The notes below the pieces were generated by a model that worked only from the letters and a program-made list of their open reading frames with translations, was not told the origin of the DNA and made no database searches. Both the position numbers and the translations under genes were made by a program. Positions 9,919 to 20,396 of a stretch of DNA of 64,000 nucleotides are shown in pieces; positions within the stretch are counted from its first letter, which is position 1, and every line of letters begins with the position of its first letter. The stretch is taken from contig CAKQGY010000001.1 of NCBI GenBank assembly GCA_934234055.1, forward strand, positions 14,035-78,034. Direction: 5' to 3'. Source of the DNA: an uncultured Alphaproteobacteria bacterium. Lineage in GTDB: Bacteria; Pseudomonadota; Alphaproteobacteria; CAAHEQ01; UBA3637.

Positions 9919-12324
9919 CTAATAGACCCCGCCCATATCCGGCAGGTTTTCATCGTCTTGAATAATGATATTGCGACCGCCGATGACTTTGGCGGGCTTA
10001 CTTAAATCCGTGCCTTTTCGGAAAGCCTCCATAATCACATTTGTATCGCCCGGTGCGGCAGGCCTCCCCGTTGTCGCATTGACGCGCACCAACTCCACGG
10101 TATCGGGTACGCGGAACGGAATGTTTGTCTTATCGGCCAAGGCATCTTTCATAAAGTCGCGAAAGATCGGTCCGCTGACGGTGCCACCTGTTTCATTCGG
10201 TCCCAGGGTTTGCGGATTGTCATAGCCGACCCACACCCCCACGACCAAGTCCGGCGAAAATCCGATAAACCACGCATCCACGCTGCTGTTGCTGGTGCCG
10301 CTTTTGGCGCCTAACGTTTTGTGCAGGCTTTTCGCCACCCGTCCGGTTCCGCGCTCCACCACACCGGCCAGGATATTGACCATTTGATAGGCGCTGGCCG
10401 AGTCTTGGATCTGGGCGCGATTATCGGGAATCACGGGCTTGTTTTCCGGAGTGGCGTTTTCGCCGACACAGGCCTCACACGCCCGATCGTCGTGTCGATA
10501 GATGGTTTTGCCTGTTCGGTCTTGAATGCGGTCAATAATACTGGGCGTAATTTTTTTACCGCCGTTGACCAGCATCCCATAGGCCGTTGTCATTTTCATC
10601 AAAGTCGTTTCCCCCGACCCCAGTGCCGTGGACAGCACCGGTTCCAATTTATCCGAGATTCCGAATTTCTTGCCATAGGCCAAAATTTTGCGCATACCGA
10701 TCGCCTGAGCCAACCGGATTGTCATCAGGTTGCGTGATTTTTCAATCCCGACACGCAGGGTTGTCGGCCCGTAAAAGATCTGACTGTAATTTTTGGGTTT
10801 CCATTTTGTGCCGTCCGGGTTTTCCATAACCAACGGCGCATCCAAAATCAGGCTGGACGGCGTATAGCCCGAATCCAACGCCGCCAAATACACAAAGGGC
10901 TTAAACGACGATCCCGGTTGCCGCAAGGCCTGAATAGCGCGGTTGAATTGATTGCGCTTGAACGAGAATCCTCCCGTCATCGCCAACACGCGTCCCGTAT
11001 GCGGATCCATCGCGATCAAAGCGCCTTCTGCTTCCGGCATTTGTCGCAGCAGGTAATCGGCTTCTGTTTTGGCTTTTTTGCGCACCATCACCACATCACC
11101 CACAGCCAACACATCGGCCGGCACTTTCACTTTTGTGGCCGATACTTTCCGGTCTTCCAGGGGCTTTCTTGCCCATTTCAGATTTGCAATCGTAATCCGT
11201 CCTTTTGCCCCGTCTGCCAGGTTCAGGTCCGCCTGCGTTTCCGTCAGTCCCACCACGGCGGCCAAGTGCCAGGTATCGGGCACATAGTCCGGTATTTTGT
11301 GTGTTTCGACATAAGATTTAGCTTCATCGGCACTGTCCAGATGAGCCACCGGCCCGCGCCATCCGTGCCGCATGTCATAGGTGATCAAGCCGTCCCGCAA
11401 AGCCTTTGTCGCTGCTTTTTGCAATTTCGGCTCCAACGAAGTTCGAATCGCCAATCCGCCGTCATACATTGCTGCATCGCCATAGGTTTCCGCCACGAAT
11501 CGCCGGACTTCTTCGGCATAGTATCCCGCATCTTCCAGCAAGCGATTTTTGCGTTCGGCCATATGGATCGGCTCTTGCTTGGCGTCATCGCGTTGCGCCG
11601 CGGTGATATAGCCTTCTTCATACATCCGATCCAGCACCCAGTTCCGTCTCTCCAAGGCGGCCGCCGTTTTGCGGATCGGGTGATAGTTGTTCGGTCCTTT
11701 CGGCAGGGCTGCCAAGAACGCCATTTCCCCCAGGGTCAATTCGTCCATTGCTTTGTCAAAGTAGCTCAGCGACGCACTGGCCACGCCATAAGATCCGACC
11801 CCCAAGAAGATCTCATTCAGATACAGTTCCAGGATATGGTCTTTCGTGAAAGTCTTTTCAATTTTTCGAGCCAACAGGATTTCTTTAATCTTGCGCGAGA
11901 ACGACTGCTCCGATGTCAGCAGCATATTTTTCGCAACCTGCTGCGTGATTGTCGAGGCTCCGACTTTGCGTCGCCCGTGCCCTATATTTTTCAGGTTCAC
12001 CAGCACCGCGCGCCCGATACCGACAAAGTCAATTCCGCCGTGCGTATAGAATGTTTTATCTTCCGCCGCGATAAACGCCGACCGCAACAGGGGAGGGATC
12101 TTGTCCACCGACACGAACAGGCGTTTTTCGGTGGCATATTCGGCCAGCAACGACCCGTCCGCGGTATACAGCCGACTGGTAATTTGGGGTTGATAATTTT
12201 CCAATTGATGATAGTCCGGCAATCCCATGGAATACCGCAGCACCACGATAAAAGCGATTGCTGCCGCCAAAAAGCACCCAAAGAAAAACAGACTCACCAA
12301 TGTTGACAAAAAGCGCATTTTCAT
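9919..12324 (-). CDS. mrcA: Class A penicillin-binding protein 1A (transglycosylase/transpeptidase)
   Basis: N-terminal TM anchor, a GT51 domain (ITQQVAKNMLL...RKIKEILLARKIEK) and a transpeptidase domain with SxxK, SxN and KTG motifs. 801 aa. Confidence 0.85.
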   Translation of the reverse strand: MKMRFLSTLVSLFFFGCFLAAAIAFIVVLRYSMGLPDYHQLENYQPQITSRLYTADGSLLAEYATEKRLFVSVDKIPPLLRSAFIAAEDKTFYTHGGIDFVGIGRAVLVNLKNIGHGRRKVGASTITQQVAKNMLLTSEQSFSRKIKEILLARKIEKTFTKDHILELYLNEIFLGVGSYGVASASLSYFDKAMDELTLGEMAFLAALPKGPNNYHPIRKTAAALERRNWVLDRMYEEGYITAAQRDDAKQEPIHMAERKNRLLEDAGYYAEEVRRFVAETYGDAAMYDGGLAIRTSLEPKLQKAATKALRDGLITYDMRHGWRGPVAHLDSADEAKSYVETHKIPDYVPDTWHLAAVVGLTETQADLNLADGAKGRITIANLKWARKPLEDRKVSATKVKVPADVLAVGDVVMVRKKAKTEADYLLRQMPEAEGALIAMDPHTGRVLAMTGGFSFKRNQFNRAIQALRQPGSSFKPFVYLAALDSGYTPSSLILDAPLVMENPDGTKWKPKNYSQIFYGPTTLRVGIEKSRNLMTIRLAQAIGMRKILAYGKKFGISDKLEPVLSTALGSGETTLMKMTTAYGMLVNGGKKITPSIIDRIQDRTGKTIYRHDDRACEACVGENATPENKPVIPDNRAQIQDSASAYQMVNILAGVVERGTGRVAKSLHKTLGAKSGTSNSSVDAWFIGFSPDLVVGVWVGYDNPQTLGPNETGGTVSGPIFRDFMKDALADKTNIPFRVPDTVELVRVNATTGRPAAPGDTNVIMEAFRKGTDLSKPAKVIGGRNIIIQDDENLPDMGGVY

Positions 12325-12418
12325 ATCCTGTTTCTGATTGTTTTTTTAACATACCTGTTTTTGGGATTAAAATCAAGGATTTTTTATCCCTTCGGCTGTT
12401 TTTTTACCGAAACCGGCG

Positions 12419-14266
12419 TTATTTTTTCTTCAAGTATCCGATAATCGCCGTCGTGGCCGCGGGTGTCATTCCCGTCATCCGCATCAGGGCGCCGATTGTC
12501 GCCGGCCGGGTCTGCTTTAACCGCTCTACGATTTCGCTGGACAGGCCGCCTATTTTTTGGAAGTCCGTCTCGGGCGGTATTTTCAACGCTTCATCTTTTC
12601 GGAACGCTTCAATATCCATCATTTGCCGCGCCAAGTATCCGCTGTATCGTCCTTCAATTTCCAGTTGTTCGGCAATATCCGCCGGCACATCGGCCCATTC
12701 CGGCCACGCCCGCGCAATTGCGGCCCAATCAACGCCCTGATAGGCCAACATATCAAACGCTGTTCTTTTTTGTCCGTCCGCATTGACATTAAAGCCCATG
12801 CCTCGCAATTCTTTTGAGGTATAGGCTTTTGCTTTAATCTGCTCCCGCAAGCGATTCAGTCTCTCTTTTTTGGCCTGGAAAATCCGGGCGCGTTCGGCTC
12901 CCACACACCCCACATCAATCCCTTTTTGTGTCAGGCGCAGATCCGCATTATCCGCCCGCATTGTCAGGCGATATTCCGCGCGCGAAGTGAACAGGCGATA
13001 CGGCTCATCAACCCCCAGGGTTGTAATATCATCAATCATCACGCCGATATAGCTGTCTGCCCGATCCAGCGTAAAGGTCTCACCGCTTGCTTTGGCTTTT
13101 AATGCCGCATTGATTCCCGCCACCAGGCCCAGCCCCGCCGCTTCTTCATAGCCCGTTGTGCCGTTGATTTGCCCCGCCAGGAACAGGTTCGGCACGAATT
13201 TAGCTTCCAATGTCGGGCGTAATTCCCGCGGATCCACATAGTCATATTCAATCGCATACGCCCAGCGCAAAATTTTAACTTGTTCCAACCCCGGGATAGA
13301 GCGGATAAAGGCCTCTTGGACATCTTTCGGCACGCTGGTGGAAATACCGTTGGGGTAAATGCTGTTGCCGGTGCGTGATTCGGGCTCCAAAAAGATGTGA
13401 TGACTGTCGCGTCCCGCAAACCGCACTAATTTTGTCTCAATACTGGGGCAATAGCGCGGCCCCGTTGATGTAATCTGCCCGTCAAACAACGGTGCGCGGT
13501 TCAGGTTATCCAGAATGATTTTGTGTGTTTCGGGCGTCGTATGCGTGATATAGCACGGCAGTTGCTCGGGCTTAAAATCCGTTGTTAAAAAGGAAAAAGG
13601 CTTTGCGGGATTGTCGCCGTCCTGACGCTCACATTTGCGCCAATCAATTGTATTTTTGTCCAACCGAGCCGGCGTTCCGGTTTTCAATCGTCCCACCCGC
13701 AGGCCCAGTTTTTTCAATGCCAGTGTCAAGCCCAAACTCGGTTCTTCGCCCCACCGTCCGCCCGGTGTTTTCTCTGCTCCGATGTGCAGCACACCGTTCA
13801 GAAAAGTCCCCGTCGTCAGGATCACCGCCCTGGCTCGGATTTCTTCCCCGCCGGCGACCACCCCGACCACGGCGCCGTCCGCCACAATCAAGTCTTCCGC
13901 CGCCGCCTCTTTCAGGCTCAGGTTCGGATAGTTTTTCAAGATTCGTTGCATTTCCGCCCGATAGGCCGGCTTATCGGCTTGGGCGCGCGGGCCTTGCACG
14001 GCGGGTCCTTTGCTGGCGTTCAGCATTCGGAATTGAATCCCCGTCTTATCAATCACCCGTCCCATCAGGCCGTCCAAGGCGTCCACTTCCCGCACGACGG
14101 TTCCTTTGGCCAAACCCCCGATCGCAGGGTTGCACGACATATCGGCGATGGTGTCCAGGTGCAAAGTAATTAAAAGGGTCTTTGCCCCCATGCGCGCCGC
14201 CGCCGCACAGGCCTCACATCCGGCATGCCCGCCGCCCACCACAATGACATCATAATTATTTTCCAT
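12419..14266 (-). CDS. mnmG: tRNA uridine-5-carboxymethylaminomethyl synthesis enzyme MnmG (GidA)
   Basis: [22 protein letters not shown]-binding N-terminus with full-length MnmG homology. The ATG at 14266 is preferred over the tracked TTG at 14284. Confidence 0.9.
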   Translation of the reverse strand: MENNYDVIVVGGGHAGCEACAAAARMGAKTLLITLHLDTIADMSCNPAIGGLAKGTVVREVDALDGLMGRVIDKTGIQFRMLNASKGPAVQGPRAQADKPAYRAEMQRILKNYPNLSLKEAAAEDLIVADGAVVGVVAGGEEIRARAVILTTGTFLNGVLHIGAEKTPGGRWGEEPSLGLTLALKKLGLRVGRLKTGTPARLDKNTIDWRKCERQDGDNPAKPFSFLTTDFKPEQLPCYITHTTPETHKIILDNLNRAPLFDGQITSTGPRYCPSIETKLVRFAGRDSHHIFLEPESRTGNSIYPNGISTSVPKDVQEAFIRSIPGLEQVKILRWAYAIEYDYVDPRELRPTLEAKFVPNLFLAGQINGTTGYEEAAGLGLVAGINAALKAKASGETFTLDRADSYIGVMIDDITTLGVDEPYRLFTSRAEYRLTMRADNADLRLTQKGIDVGCVGAERARIFQAKKERLNRLREQIKAKAYTSKELRGMGFNVNADGQKRTAFDMLAYQGVDWAAIARAWPEWADVPADIAEQLEIEGRYSGYLARQMMDIEAFRKDEALKIPPETDFQKIGGLSSEIVERLKQTRPATIGALMRMTGMTPAATTAIIGYLKKK

Positions 14267-14268
14267 TT

Positions 14269-15603
14269 TTATTTCCCAATACAAAAATCGCGAAAGATAA
14301 TATCCAGCAAATCCTCGGCATCAATGCGCCCCGTAATGCGCCCCAACGCCCGCGCTGCCAAGCGCATATCTTCGGCTTTCAGTTCCAACTCCGTCGCCGT
14401 CAAAGCCTGCTCCAAATGAGCCACACAGTCTTTCAAAGCCACCCGATACCGCTCCCGCGTAATGACAGCATCCGGCCGCGCCCCAAAGTTTTGCTCTAAA
14501 ATCGTTTTAATTTGGTTCCACAGATCGTCAATCCCCGTGCCGTTTTTCGCACTGATGCACAGGGTTTCCGCCGGCTTTTCCGTCATCAGATCTGCTTTGT
14601 TCCACAGTTTCAGCACCGGCTTTTCATTCAACATTTCCGGCATTGTTTCTTCCTGCGGCCAAACGCTCCCGTCTTGAATAAACAAGATTAAATCCGCATC
14701 ATTTGCCCGTGCCAAAGCCCGCCGGATACCTTCACTTTCAATCGTATCCGCCCGTTCGCGCAGGCCTGCCGTATCGGCCAGGATGACCGGGAATCCCGCC
14801 ACATCCAGGTGTGCTTCCACCACATCGCGCGTTGTGCCCGCGATTTGCGAGACGATTGCCACATCTTTATGTGTTAACGCATTGATTAAACTTGATTTTC
14901 CGACATTCGGCCGACCGATAATCGCGATCTGGAATCCCTCCCGCAATTTTTCGCCCGTCCGCGCATCGTTCAGGTGCACATTGATTTTCGTGATCAGAGT
15001 GCGGATACTGCCGTCAATTTCGTTCATTTTTTCGGCCGGTATTTCTTCTTCCGGAAAGTCAATAAAGGCCTCCAAATAGGCCATTTGTTTCACCAAATCC
15101 TGCCGCCACCCGTTATACAGGTGCCCTAATTTCCCCTGCATTTGCAAGACCGCCTGCGCGCGTTGGCGTTCGGTTTCCGCATTGATCAGGTCCAGCAATC
15201 CCTCTGCTTCCGTCAGGTCCATTTTTCCGTTGATGACCGCCCGGCGCGAGTATTCGCCGCGTTCGGCCGGCCGACAGCCCGCTATTTCTCCCAGCCGAGA
15301 CATCAGGCTTTGAATCACGGCTCGCCCGCCATGTACTTGAAATTCGGCGACATCTTCGCCCGTAAAGCTGTTCGGTGCCGGGAAATACAGCACCACCGCG
15401 TGATCAATCACACCCCCGTCCGTGGTCTTTAACGCCTTGAAATAAGCATGCCGTGCCACCGGGTTATCCAATCCTGCCACGGTGCGCAAAGCCTCCCGCA
15501 CCTGCTTCCCCGACAGGCGCACCACCGCCACGCCGCCTTTGCCCGCCCCGCTGGACAGGGCATAAATCGTATCGTTCAGGTTATAGGATAATTCCTGCAT
15601 CAC
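14269..15603 (-). CDS. mnmE: tRNA modification GTPase MnmE (TrmE)
   Basis: N-terminal THF-binding domain, G-domain ([14 protein letters not shown]) and the C-terminal CIGK motif. Confidence 0.9.
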   Translation of the reverse strand: MMQELSYNLNDTIYALSSGAGKGGVAVVRLSGKQVREALRTVAGLDNPVARHAYFKALKTTDGGVIDHAVVLYFPAPNSFTGEDVAEFQVHGGRAVIQSLMSRLGEIAGCRPAERGEYSRRAVINGKMDLTEAEGLLDLINAETERQRAQAVLQMQGKLGHLYNGWRQDLVKQMAYLEAFIDFPEEEIPAEKMNEIDGSIRTLITKINVHLNDARTGEKLREGFQIAIIGRPNVGKSSLINALTHKDVAIVSQIAGTTRDVVEAHLDVAGFPVILADTAGLRERADTIESEGIRRALARANDADLILFIQDGSVWPQEETMPEMLNEKPVLKLWNKADLMTEKPAETLCISAKNGTGIDDLWNQIKTILEQNFGARPDAVITRERYRVALKDCVAHLEQALTATELELKAEDMRLAARALGRITGRIDAEDLLDIIFRDFCIGK

Positions 15604-16235
15604 AGCCCCTTTAACACCTTAATAAACTGCGCCCGCACTTCGGCCACACCGATTTTCTTTTCCGCACTGGTCAACAGCACTTCCGGATAGCAAGCCGTAT
15701 GCTTTGCTCCGACAGCAGCCACTTCTACCCGTCGTTTTTCTGCTTCTGCCGGCGTCATTTTATCCGCTTTCGTCAGGACCAGCTGATAGTTCACCGCCGC
15801 TTTATCCAGCATTTTCATAATGTTTTCATCCACGGTTTTCACCCCGTGCCGCGCATCTATCAACAGGAACACCCGCCGCAGTTGCGGCCGTCCTCTCAGG
15901 TAAGCGTGGATCAGTCTTGTCCATACTTGCACGGTGGCTTTCGGTGCACTGGCAAACCCGTATCCCGGCAGGTCCACGATATAGAACTGCTCTTTTTGTT
16001 CAAAGAAGTTGAGTTCCTGTGTTCGTCCCGGCGTGTTAGAGGCCCGTGCCAATTTCGGCACCCCCGTGACGGCGTTGATCAGGCTGGACTTCCCGACATT
16101 AGATCGTCCCGCAAAAGCAAACTCCGGCAACCGCCCGTCCGGCAGTTGCGCCGGGTCTACCACCCCGCGCCAAAAGGCCGGCTTTTGTTCAAACAGGCGA
16201 TTGCCTTCACCCACCAGGTCCGCGGTTTCCACCAT
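15600..16235 (-). CDS. engB: Ribosome biogenesis GTPase YihA/EngB
   Basis: [17 protein letters not shown] ... DLPGYGFA motifs. The corrected start (MVETADL) at 16235 overlaps the yidC stop by 1 nt. The tracked 315-aa ORF over-extends into yidC. Confidence 0.8.
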   Translation of the reverse strand: MVETADLVGEGNRLFEQKPAFWRGVVDPAQLPDGRLPEFAFAGRSNVGKSSLINAVTGVPKLARASNTPGRTQELNFFEQKEQFYIVDLPGYGFASAPKATVQVWTRLIHAYLRGRPQLRRVFLLIDARHGVKTVDENIMKMLDKAAVNYQLVLTKADKMTPAEAEKRRVEVAAVGAKHTACYPEVLLTSAEKKIGVAEVRAQFIKVLKGL

Positions 16236-17887
16236 TACGCGCCCACCTTTTTCATGATATAGCGTTGCTGCATAATAGACAGGATATTGCTCCAAGTCCA
16301 ATAGATCACCAACCCCGACGCAAAGTTCCCCATCATAAAGGTAAAGATAATCGGCATCAGGTTCATAATCACCTTTTGATCTTCGCTGGTGGTGGGCGAG
16401 GGGTTCATTTTTTGTTGAATCACCATCGTCAGGCCCATAATGATCGGCCACACCCCGATATTCAAAAAGGACGGAATCGGCCACGCCAGCAATCCGAACG
16501 CCGTAAAGACCGACGACGGATCCGGTTGCGACAGGTCCGTAATCCACCCGAAGAACGGCGCCTGCCGCATCAGGATAGACACCGACAGCACTTTATACAG
16601 AGCAAAGAACACCGGTATTTGGATCAGCATCGGCAAGCATCCCCCCGCCGGGTTCACTTTGTCCCGTTTATACAGGTTCATCATTTCAATTTGCAGTTGT
16701 TGCTTATTGTCTTTGAATCGTTCCTGCAAGGCCTTAATCTTGGGTTGCAGCTTTTTCATTTTTGCCATATTTTCGTATGTTTTTGTTGCAATCGGCAACA
16801 TCAGAATCCGCAGCAGGGTCGCGAACACCAAAATCGCCACCCCCATATTCCCCACCAGGCTGTATAAAAAGCCCAGAAAATACAAGAACGGCTTTGTCAA
16901 AAAGTAGTACCACCCGAAATCAATCGTCAGGTCAAACCGCGGGATTCCCTGCTCTTCATAGTCATTGATCAGGCTCAATTCTTTTGCCCCCGCGAACAGT
17001 TTTGTCGTCTGTGTTTTCGTGGCCCCCGCGGCAATTTCGGCCGTGTTTTGGAAAGTCGCCGTATAATTTGTTTCGGTGGCATTAAAGGTCATTTGCGTTG
17101 TCGCGCTTTGTTCGGGCACAAAGATAGCCTGCCAGTATTTATCCGTCATACCGATCCAGCCCCCTTTGGTTGCCATTGCTTTTGAGTCACCCGGCTCAAT
17201 CGCGCTCCACCGTTCTTCCACGCGTGTATTATCCACCAGGCTTAAAAACCCCTCATGCACCGACGATTGTGTTGTATTGACCGAGTCGACGACCCGTTCC
17301 ACCCGCCCGATCAAGCGTGCTTCAATCGCCCGCCCGCTCTTGTTCGTCAGTTTATCGGTAAAGGTCATCATATAGGCATTGTCCAAAGTGATTGTGCGTT
17401 CAATCCGTGCCGTTTCGTTTTCCCAACGCATTACCACCGGCGTTTCCGGTGTCAATTTTTCGCCCACAACCTGCGGTGTTTGACGCGTATCGGGTAAACT
17501 GCCTCCCTCCCAGTTCAAACCCGTCTGCCAGTTCCGGCTCAACAGCACCACAAACGGGCTGTCTTCTTGCGTCGTTTCGCGATAGGTCGTCAGGCTCAGG
17601 TTATTCAGATCCGTCCCCCCCGCGTTCAAGGATCCCGCTACCACGCTGTTTTCCACCGGAATCGTAATGATTTCCTGCGCTGCCTCTACACTTTTTCGAG
17701 CCGTCATATCCATCGCCGGCACTGCTTCTGCCGCGACTGTTTCGGCGCTTTCCGCCGGCCCGTCCAAGGGCACCGCCACCATTTGGGTCTTTGGTTTTTG
17801 CCACCATTGCATCCCCAGCAACAAGGCGATGATCAGCACCAAAGCCAACATCAGATTTTTTTGTTCTTTTTTTTCATCTTCAATCAT
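16235..17887 (-). CDS. yidC: Membrane protein insertase YidC
   Basis: 550 aa with an N-terminal TM, a large periplasmic domain and the conserved C-terminal 5-TM core (PMLIQIPVFFALYKVL). Confidence 0.9.
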   Translation of the reverse strand: MIEDEKKEQKNLMLALVLIIALLLGMQWWQKPKTQMVAVPLDGPAESAETVAAEAVPAMDMTARKSVEAAQEIITIPVENSVVAGSLNAGGTDLNNLSLTTYRETTQEDSPFVVLLSRNWQTGLNWEGGSLPDTRQTPQVVGEKLTPETPVVMRWENETARIERTITLDNAYMMTFTDKLTNKSGRAIEARLIGRVERVVDSVNTTQSSVHEGFLSLVDNTRVEERWSAIEPGDSKAMATKGGWIGMTDKYWQAIFVPEQSATTQMTFNATETNYTATFQNTAEIAAGATKTQTTKLFAGAKELSLINDYEEQGIPRFDLTIDFGWYYFLTKPFLYFLGFLYSLVGNMGVAILVFATLLRILMLPIATKTYENMAKMKKLQPKIKALQERFKDNKQQLQIEMMNLYKRDKVNPAGGCLPMLIQIPVFFALYKVLSVSILMRQAPFFGWITDLSQPDPSSVFTAFGLLAWPIPSFLNIGVWPIIMGLTMVIQQKMNPSPTTSEDQKVIMNLMPIIFTFMMGNFASGLVIYWTWSNILSIMQQRYIMKKVGA

Positions 17888-18123
17888 TTTTTCTTCCTTT
17901 TTATGGTTGGTAGAGGCACCGGATCATAGCCCGATCCGCCCCATGGCGCGCACCGGACAATCCGGCAAAATGTCAACATAGCACCTTTTATCACGCCATG
18001 CAACAAAAAAGCGTCTTTGGCGTATTCCGAGCACGTCGGTTCAAACCGACAGCACTTGGGCTTAAACGGCGATACAGCTGCTTTATAAAGGCTGATCAGT
18101 CCTATACACACGTGTCGCAGCAT
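17884..18123 (-). CDS. yidD: Membrane protein insertion efficiency factor YidD
   Basis: 79 aa carrying the CRFEPTCSEYA motif. It sits in the canonical position between rnpA and yidC. Confidence 0.85.
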   Translation of the reverse strand: MLRHVCIGLISLYKAAVSPFKPKCCRFEPTCSEYAKDAFLLHGVIKGAMLTFCRIVRCAPWGGSGYDPVPLPTIKRKKK

Positions 18124-18719
18124 TCGGCTTCCTCCGTTTTTTTATCGCCTTCGCCGACAGATTCCGTTGTGGCTCCTTTTCGGATTTGCCGCAACGCATA
18201 GGTGAAATCACCTTTTAATTTTGAAAACGCGCGGGTTGCCGTGGCTGTTCGTCCCACAATGACCAAGTCATATCCTGTAAAAGTGCCCGTTTCCGGCGTC
18301 AGGCGCACCACTTCGCGCAGGCGTCTGCGGATTCGGTTGCGCACCACGGCGTGTCCTAATCGTTTTGTGGTGGTAAAGCCGATTCGGATTTGCCCGTTCT
18401 CATTTTTGGCATATTGCAGAACCAATCCCAGAGTCACGATTTTTGTCTGCGCTTTATTCACCTGCACAAAGATTTTTCGTTTTTTTATCCGAATCGGCCG
18501 TTGCGACCCCGGCTGTTGTTCCGGCTCCGATATATTCTGTTCTTTAAAATTTTCTTTCGATTCCGGTTCTGCCAAGCCCGATTTATTCGTTTCATACCCT
18601 GTTGCCTCGCGCGTGCGCAATACACCTGCGTGCGCGTCTAATTTCTCTCTCCCAAGGTTATCTTCCCCCGGGAGCGATGTTTCCGGATTACTTTTCCAGT
18701 TTTGTATTTTAAGGCTCAT
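18102..18719 (-). CDS. rnpA: RNase P protein component RnpA with an unusual 75-aa acidic/Lys/Ser-rich N-terminal extension
   Basis: The C-terminal 125 aa are RnpA (IRIKKRKIFVQVNKAQ...RLGHAVVRNRIRRRLRE). The only in-frame ATG that does not overlap rpmH is at 18719, and it has a GGAGA SD 7 nt upstream. Confidence 0.7.
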   Translation of the reverse strand: MSLKIQNWKSNPETSLPGEDNLGREKLDAHAGVLRTREATGYETNKSGLAEPESKENFKEQNISEPEQQPGSQRPIRIKKRKIFVQVNKAQTKIVTLGLVLQYAKNENGQIRIGFTTTKRLGHAVVRNRIRRRLREVVRLTPETGTFTGYDLVIVGRTATATRAFSKLKGDFTYALRQIRKGATTESVGEGDKKTEEAECCDTCV

Positions 18720-18793
18720 GTGTTTATCTCCGATATGAAACAAGACACCGTTCACAAGCGGTGCCCTGCTTAAAGAAACCGGGTGATAACCCT

Positions 18794-18927
18794 TACGCGC
18801 TGACGACTTTGCGTCCTTTCCGACGGCGCGCATTGATCACGGCGCGACCACCGACAGTAGCCATACGGGCACGGAATCCGTGGCGACGGGTCCGAACGAT
18901 TTTACTGGGTTGATATGTGCGTTTCAT
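18794..18927 (-). CDS. rpmH: 50S ribosomal protein L34
   Basis: Not in the ORF track because it is under 60 aa. It translates as [44 protein letters not shown], with an AAGGAGA SD upstream. Confidence 0.85.
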
Positions 18928-19073
18928 AGCTTTTTCTCCTTGTGTTTAGAAAATTGATTTCACTTTTATACCTGATTTTTGCCCGAATGTCAAGCGTTTT
19001 TTTCTCTTTTTTTAGTTTTTTGTCTTTTAAGTTATCCCGCTGCCCGACCGTCGTTCCGCAAGCCGTTTTATCC

Positions 19074-19637
19074 TTACCCGCGTGTGCGTTCCAAGTCCGC
19101 CATGCGTGCAATCGCCTGTTCCAGTTCCGCCTGTTTCAAGGCCTGCATTGCCCGTCCAACCCGCAGGCGCGCCTGTTCCCGCACGGCCGGTGGCATTTTC
19201 CGCACCGCTCGGGCGATATAGTCCGCATTTGCCTCTCGTCGCATAACGGGCGTCGCCAAAGCCGCCACCAATTCCGCTGCTGCTTGTGGCAGTTTTAAAG
19301 CCAATTTTTCGCCTTTGTTTTCGGGTGCCGGGGCTCGCATTTTTTTGTCTTTGTTGACCAGTTCGCCCTTTTCCGTCACATAGTCCATCAGGCGCCAGCA
19401 TCGCCGCAGATAGTCCACCAACCGTGTCAATCTGTCATAGTCTTTTGCTTTCGGGTCCATTTCGTGCAGCATATCCGCCGCCACCTGATAGTTCGTCAGG
19501 GTTTCCTGCCGCATAGTATCCATTTTGTCCAGTTCGGCATTTGTGATAATCCCGTCGGCAAAGAACTGTTCCGCCCGTTTAATCAAGTCAAAATAGCGAC
19601 AGCATTCATAATCGCGTCCCGCATCAATATAGTCCAT
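19074..19637 (-). CDS. Hypothetical protein (187 aa, helical, CC pair at DYECCRYF), immediately downstream of yceD
   Basis: A strong AAGGAGG SD lies 6 nt upstream of the ATG. It occupies the slot where rpmF (L32) usually follows yceD. I recognise no family. Confidence 0.5.
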   Translation of the reverse strand: MDYIDAGRDYECCRYFDLIKRAEQFFADGIITNAELDKMDTMRQETLTNYQVAADMLHEMDPKAKDYDRLTRLVDYLRRCWRLMDYVTEKGELVNKDKKMRAPAPENKGEKLALKLPQAAAELVAALATPVMRREANADYIARAVRKMPPAVREQARLRVGRAMQALKQAELEQAIARMADLERTRG

Positions 19638-19639
19638 AT

Positions 19640-20125
19640 TTATTCCTCCTTTTTCAGTTTTTTCAACACCGCAAAGGGGCTTTCCTTTGCGTCATTATCT
19701 TCCGGATCGTGATAGTCGCAATACCCCGATATACTTTTCGGAAAGGGGTTCAGGGTCAATCCGAATTCTTCTGCGATTGTTTCCGTCAAGTCAATTTTTC
19801 CCCGTATAATCGGCAAGATAGTTTCGTCTTCCGGATCATCGCTGATTTGCTCGTCAATTTTTTCCGAGAATAACAGGTGGATTGGGGTTTCTGTTTTTTC
19901 CACAAAAGGCTTCATTGTTGCCACACAAATTCGTTCGGCTTCGGCATAAATCACGCCGTCCAAGGCGATCATATCCCCCCGTGTCAAGCGTCCCTCGGCC
20001 CTCAGAGAGATAATTTTCGGCACTTCAAATCGCATGGCAATTTCGTTCCGTTCTTGTTCATCGGCCTGCATCTGCCAGTCAATCCCGTCTTCTGTAATGG
20101 TGCGCACATCAATCAATTTTTTCAC
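19640..20125 (-). CDS. yceD: YceD/DUF177 family protein (large-subunit rRNA accumulation protein)
   Basis: 161-aa acidic protein with a C-terminal CDYHDPED...SPFAVLKKLK region typical of DUF177. Confidence 0.7.
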   Translation of the reverse strand: MKKLIDVRTITEDGIDWQMQADEQERNEIAMRFEVPKIISLRAEGRLTRGDMIALDGVIYAEAERICVATMKPFVEKTETPIHLLFSEKIDEQISDDPEDETILPIIRGKIDLTETIAEEFGLTLNPFPKSISGYCDYHDPEDNDAKESPFAVLKKLKKEE

Positions 20126-20212
20126 CCTGTTTTTCTCCTGTGTTTTTTAGTATTTTTTTTGTTTTTTCCTCTCTCTCCCGCCATCTTCCTCTCTCTTGCT
20201 TTCCCACCCTTT

Positions 20213-20261
20213 GTCATTGCGAGGCCGTCAGGCCGTGGCAATCCACCCGGCACATAATTCC
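20213..20261 (+). repeat. REP/MITE-like repeat family 1, copy A (gtcattgcgag-hairpin-gtggcaatcc-acccggcacataattcc), preceded by a Py-rich tract and followed by C7
   Basis: Shares conserved flanks with copies at 24395, 27757, 36996, 43445, 44718, 46774 and 59741. The central hairpin ggccgtcaggcc is variable. Confidence 0.8.
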
Positions 20262-20396
20262 GCCCTTATCCCCCCCATTTTAACATCGTGGACCCGTCCG
20301 GCAAATTCTCTTTTATCATAGACGATTTTCCCCAAAATCGCAAGGCTTTTCAAAAAACACTTGCATTTTTTTCACTTCTCGTCCACAATAGGGCGT

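Noticed and set aside
10918-12306. 462-aa ORF on the + strand antisense to mrcA. The same pattern holds for 4388..5335, 27781..28506, 28813..29472, 29746..30384, 30595..31374, 52792..53379, 53644..54327, 55823..56671, 58335..59822, 60686..61300 and 61778..62593.
   Set aside because: They lie wholly inside strongly supported genes on the opposite strand. They are low-complexity and Arg/His/Gln-rich, as typical of GC-rich antisense frames, and they have no SD. I treat them as spurious.
18941-19075. DnaA boxes / oriC upstream of rpmH.
   Set aside because: Only two 7-of-9 matches to TTATCCACA (agttatccc and ttttatcct). There is no dnaA gene adjacent and no AT-rich 13-mer array, so the evidence is insufficient.
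20213-20261. Integron attC, or Neisseria Correia/DUS-like elements, as the identity of repeat family 1.
   Set aside because: The flanks do not match attC R''/L''/R' consensus, and there is no intI. They also do not match the Correia terminal repeat or the DUS (GCCGTCTGAA).
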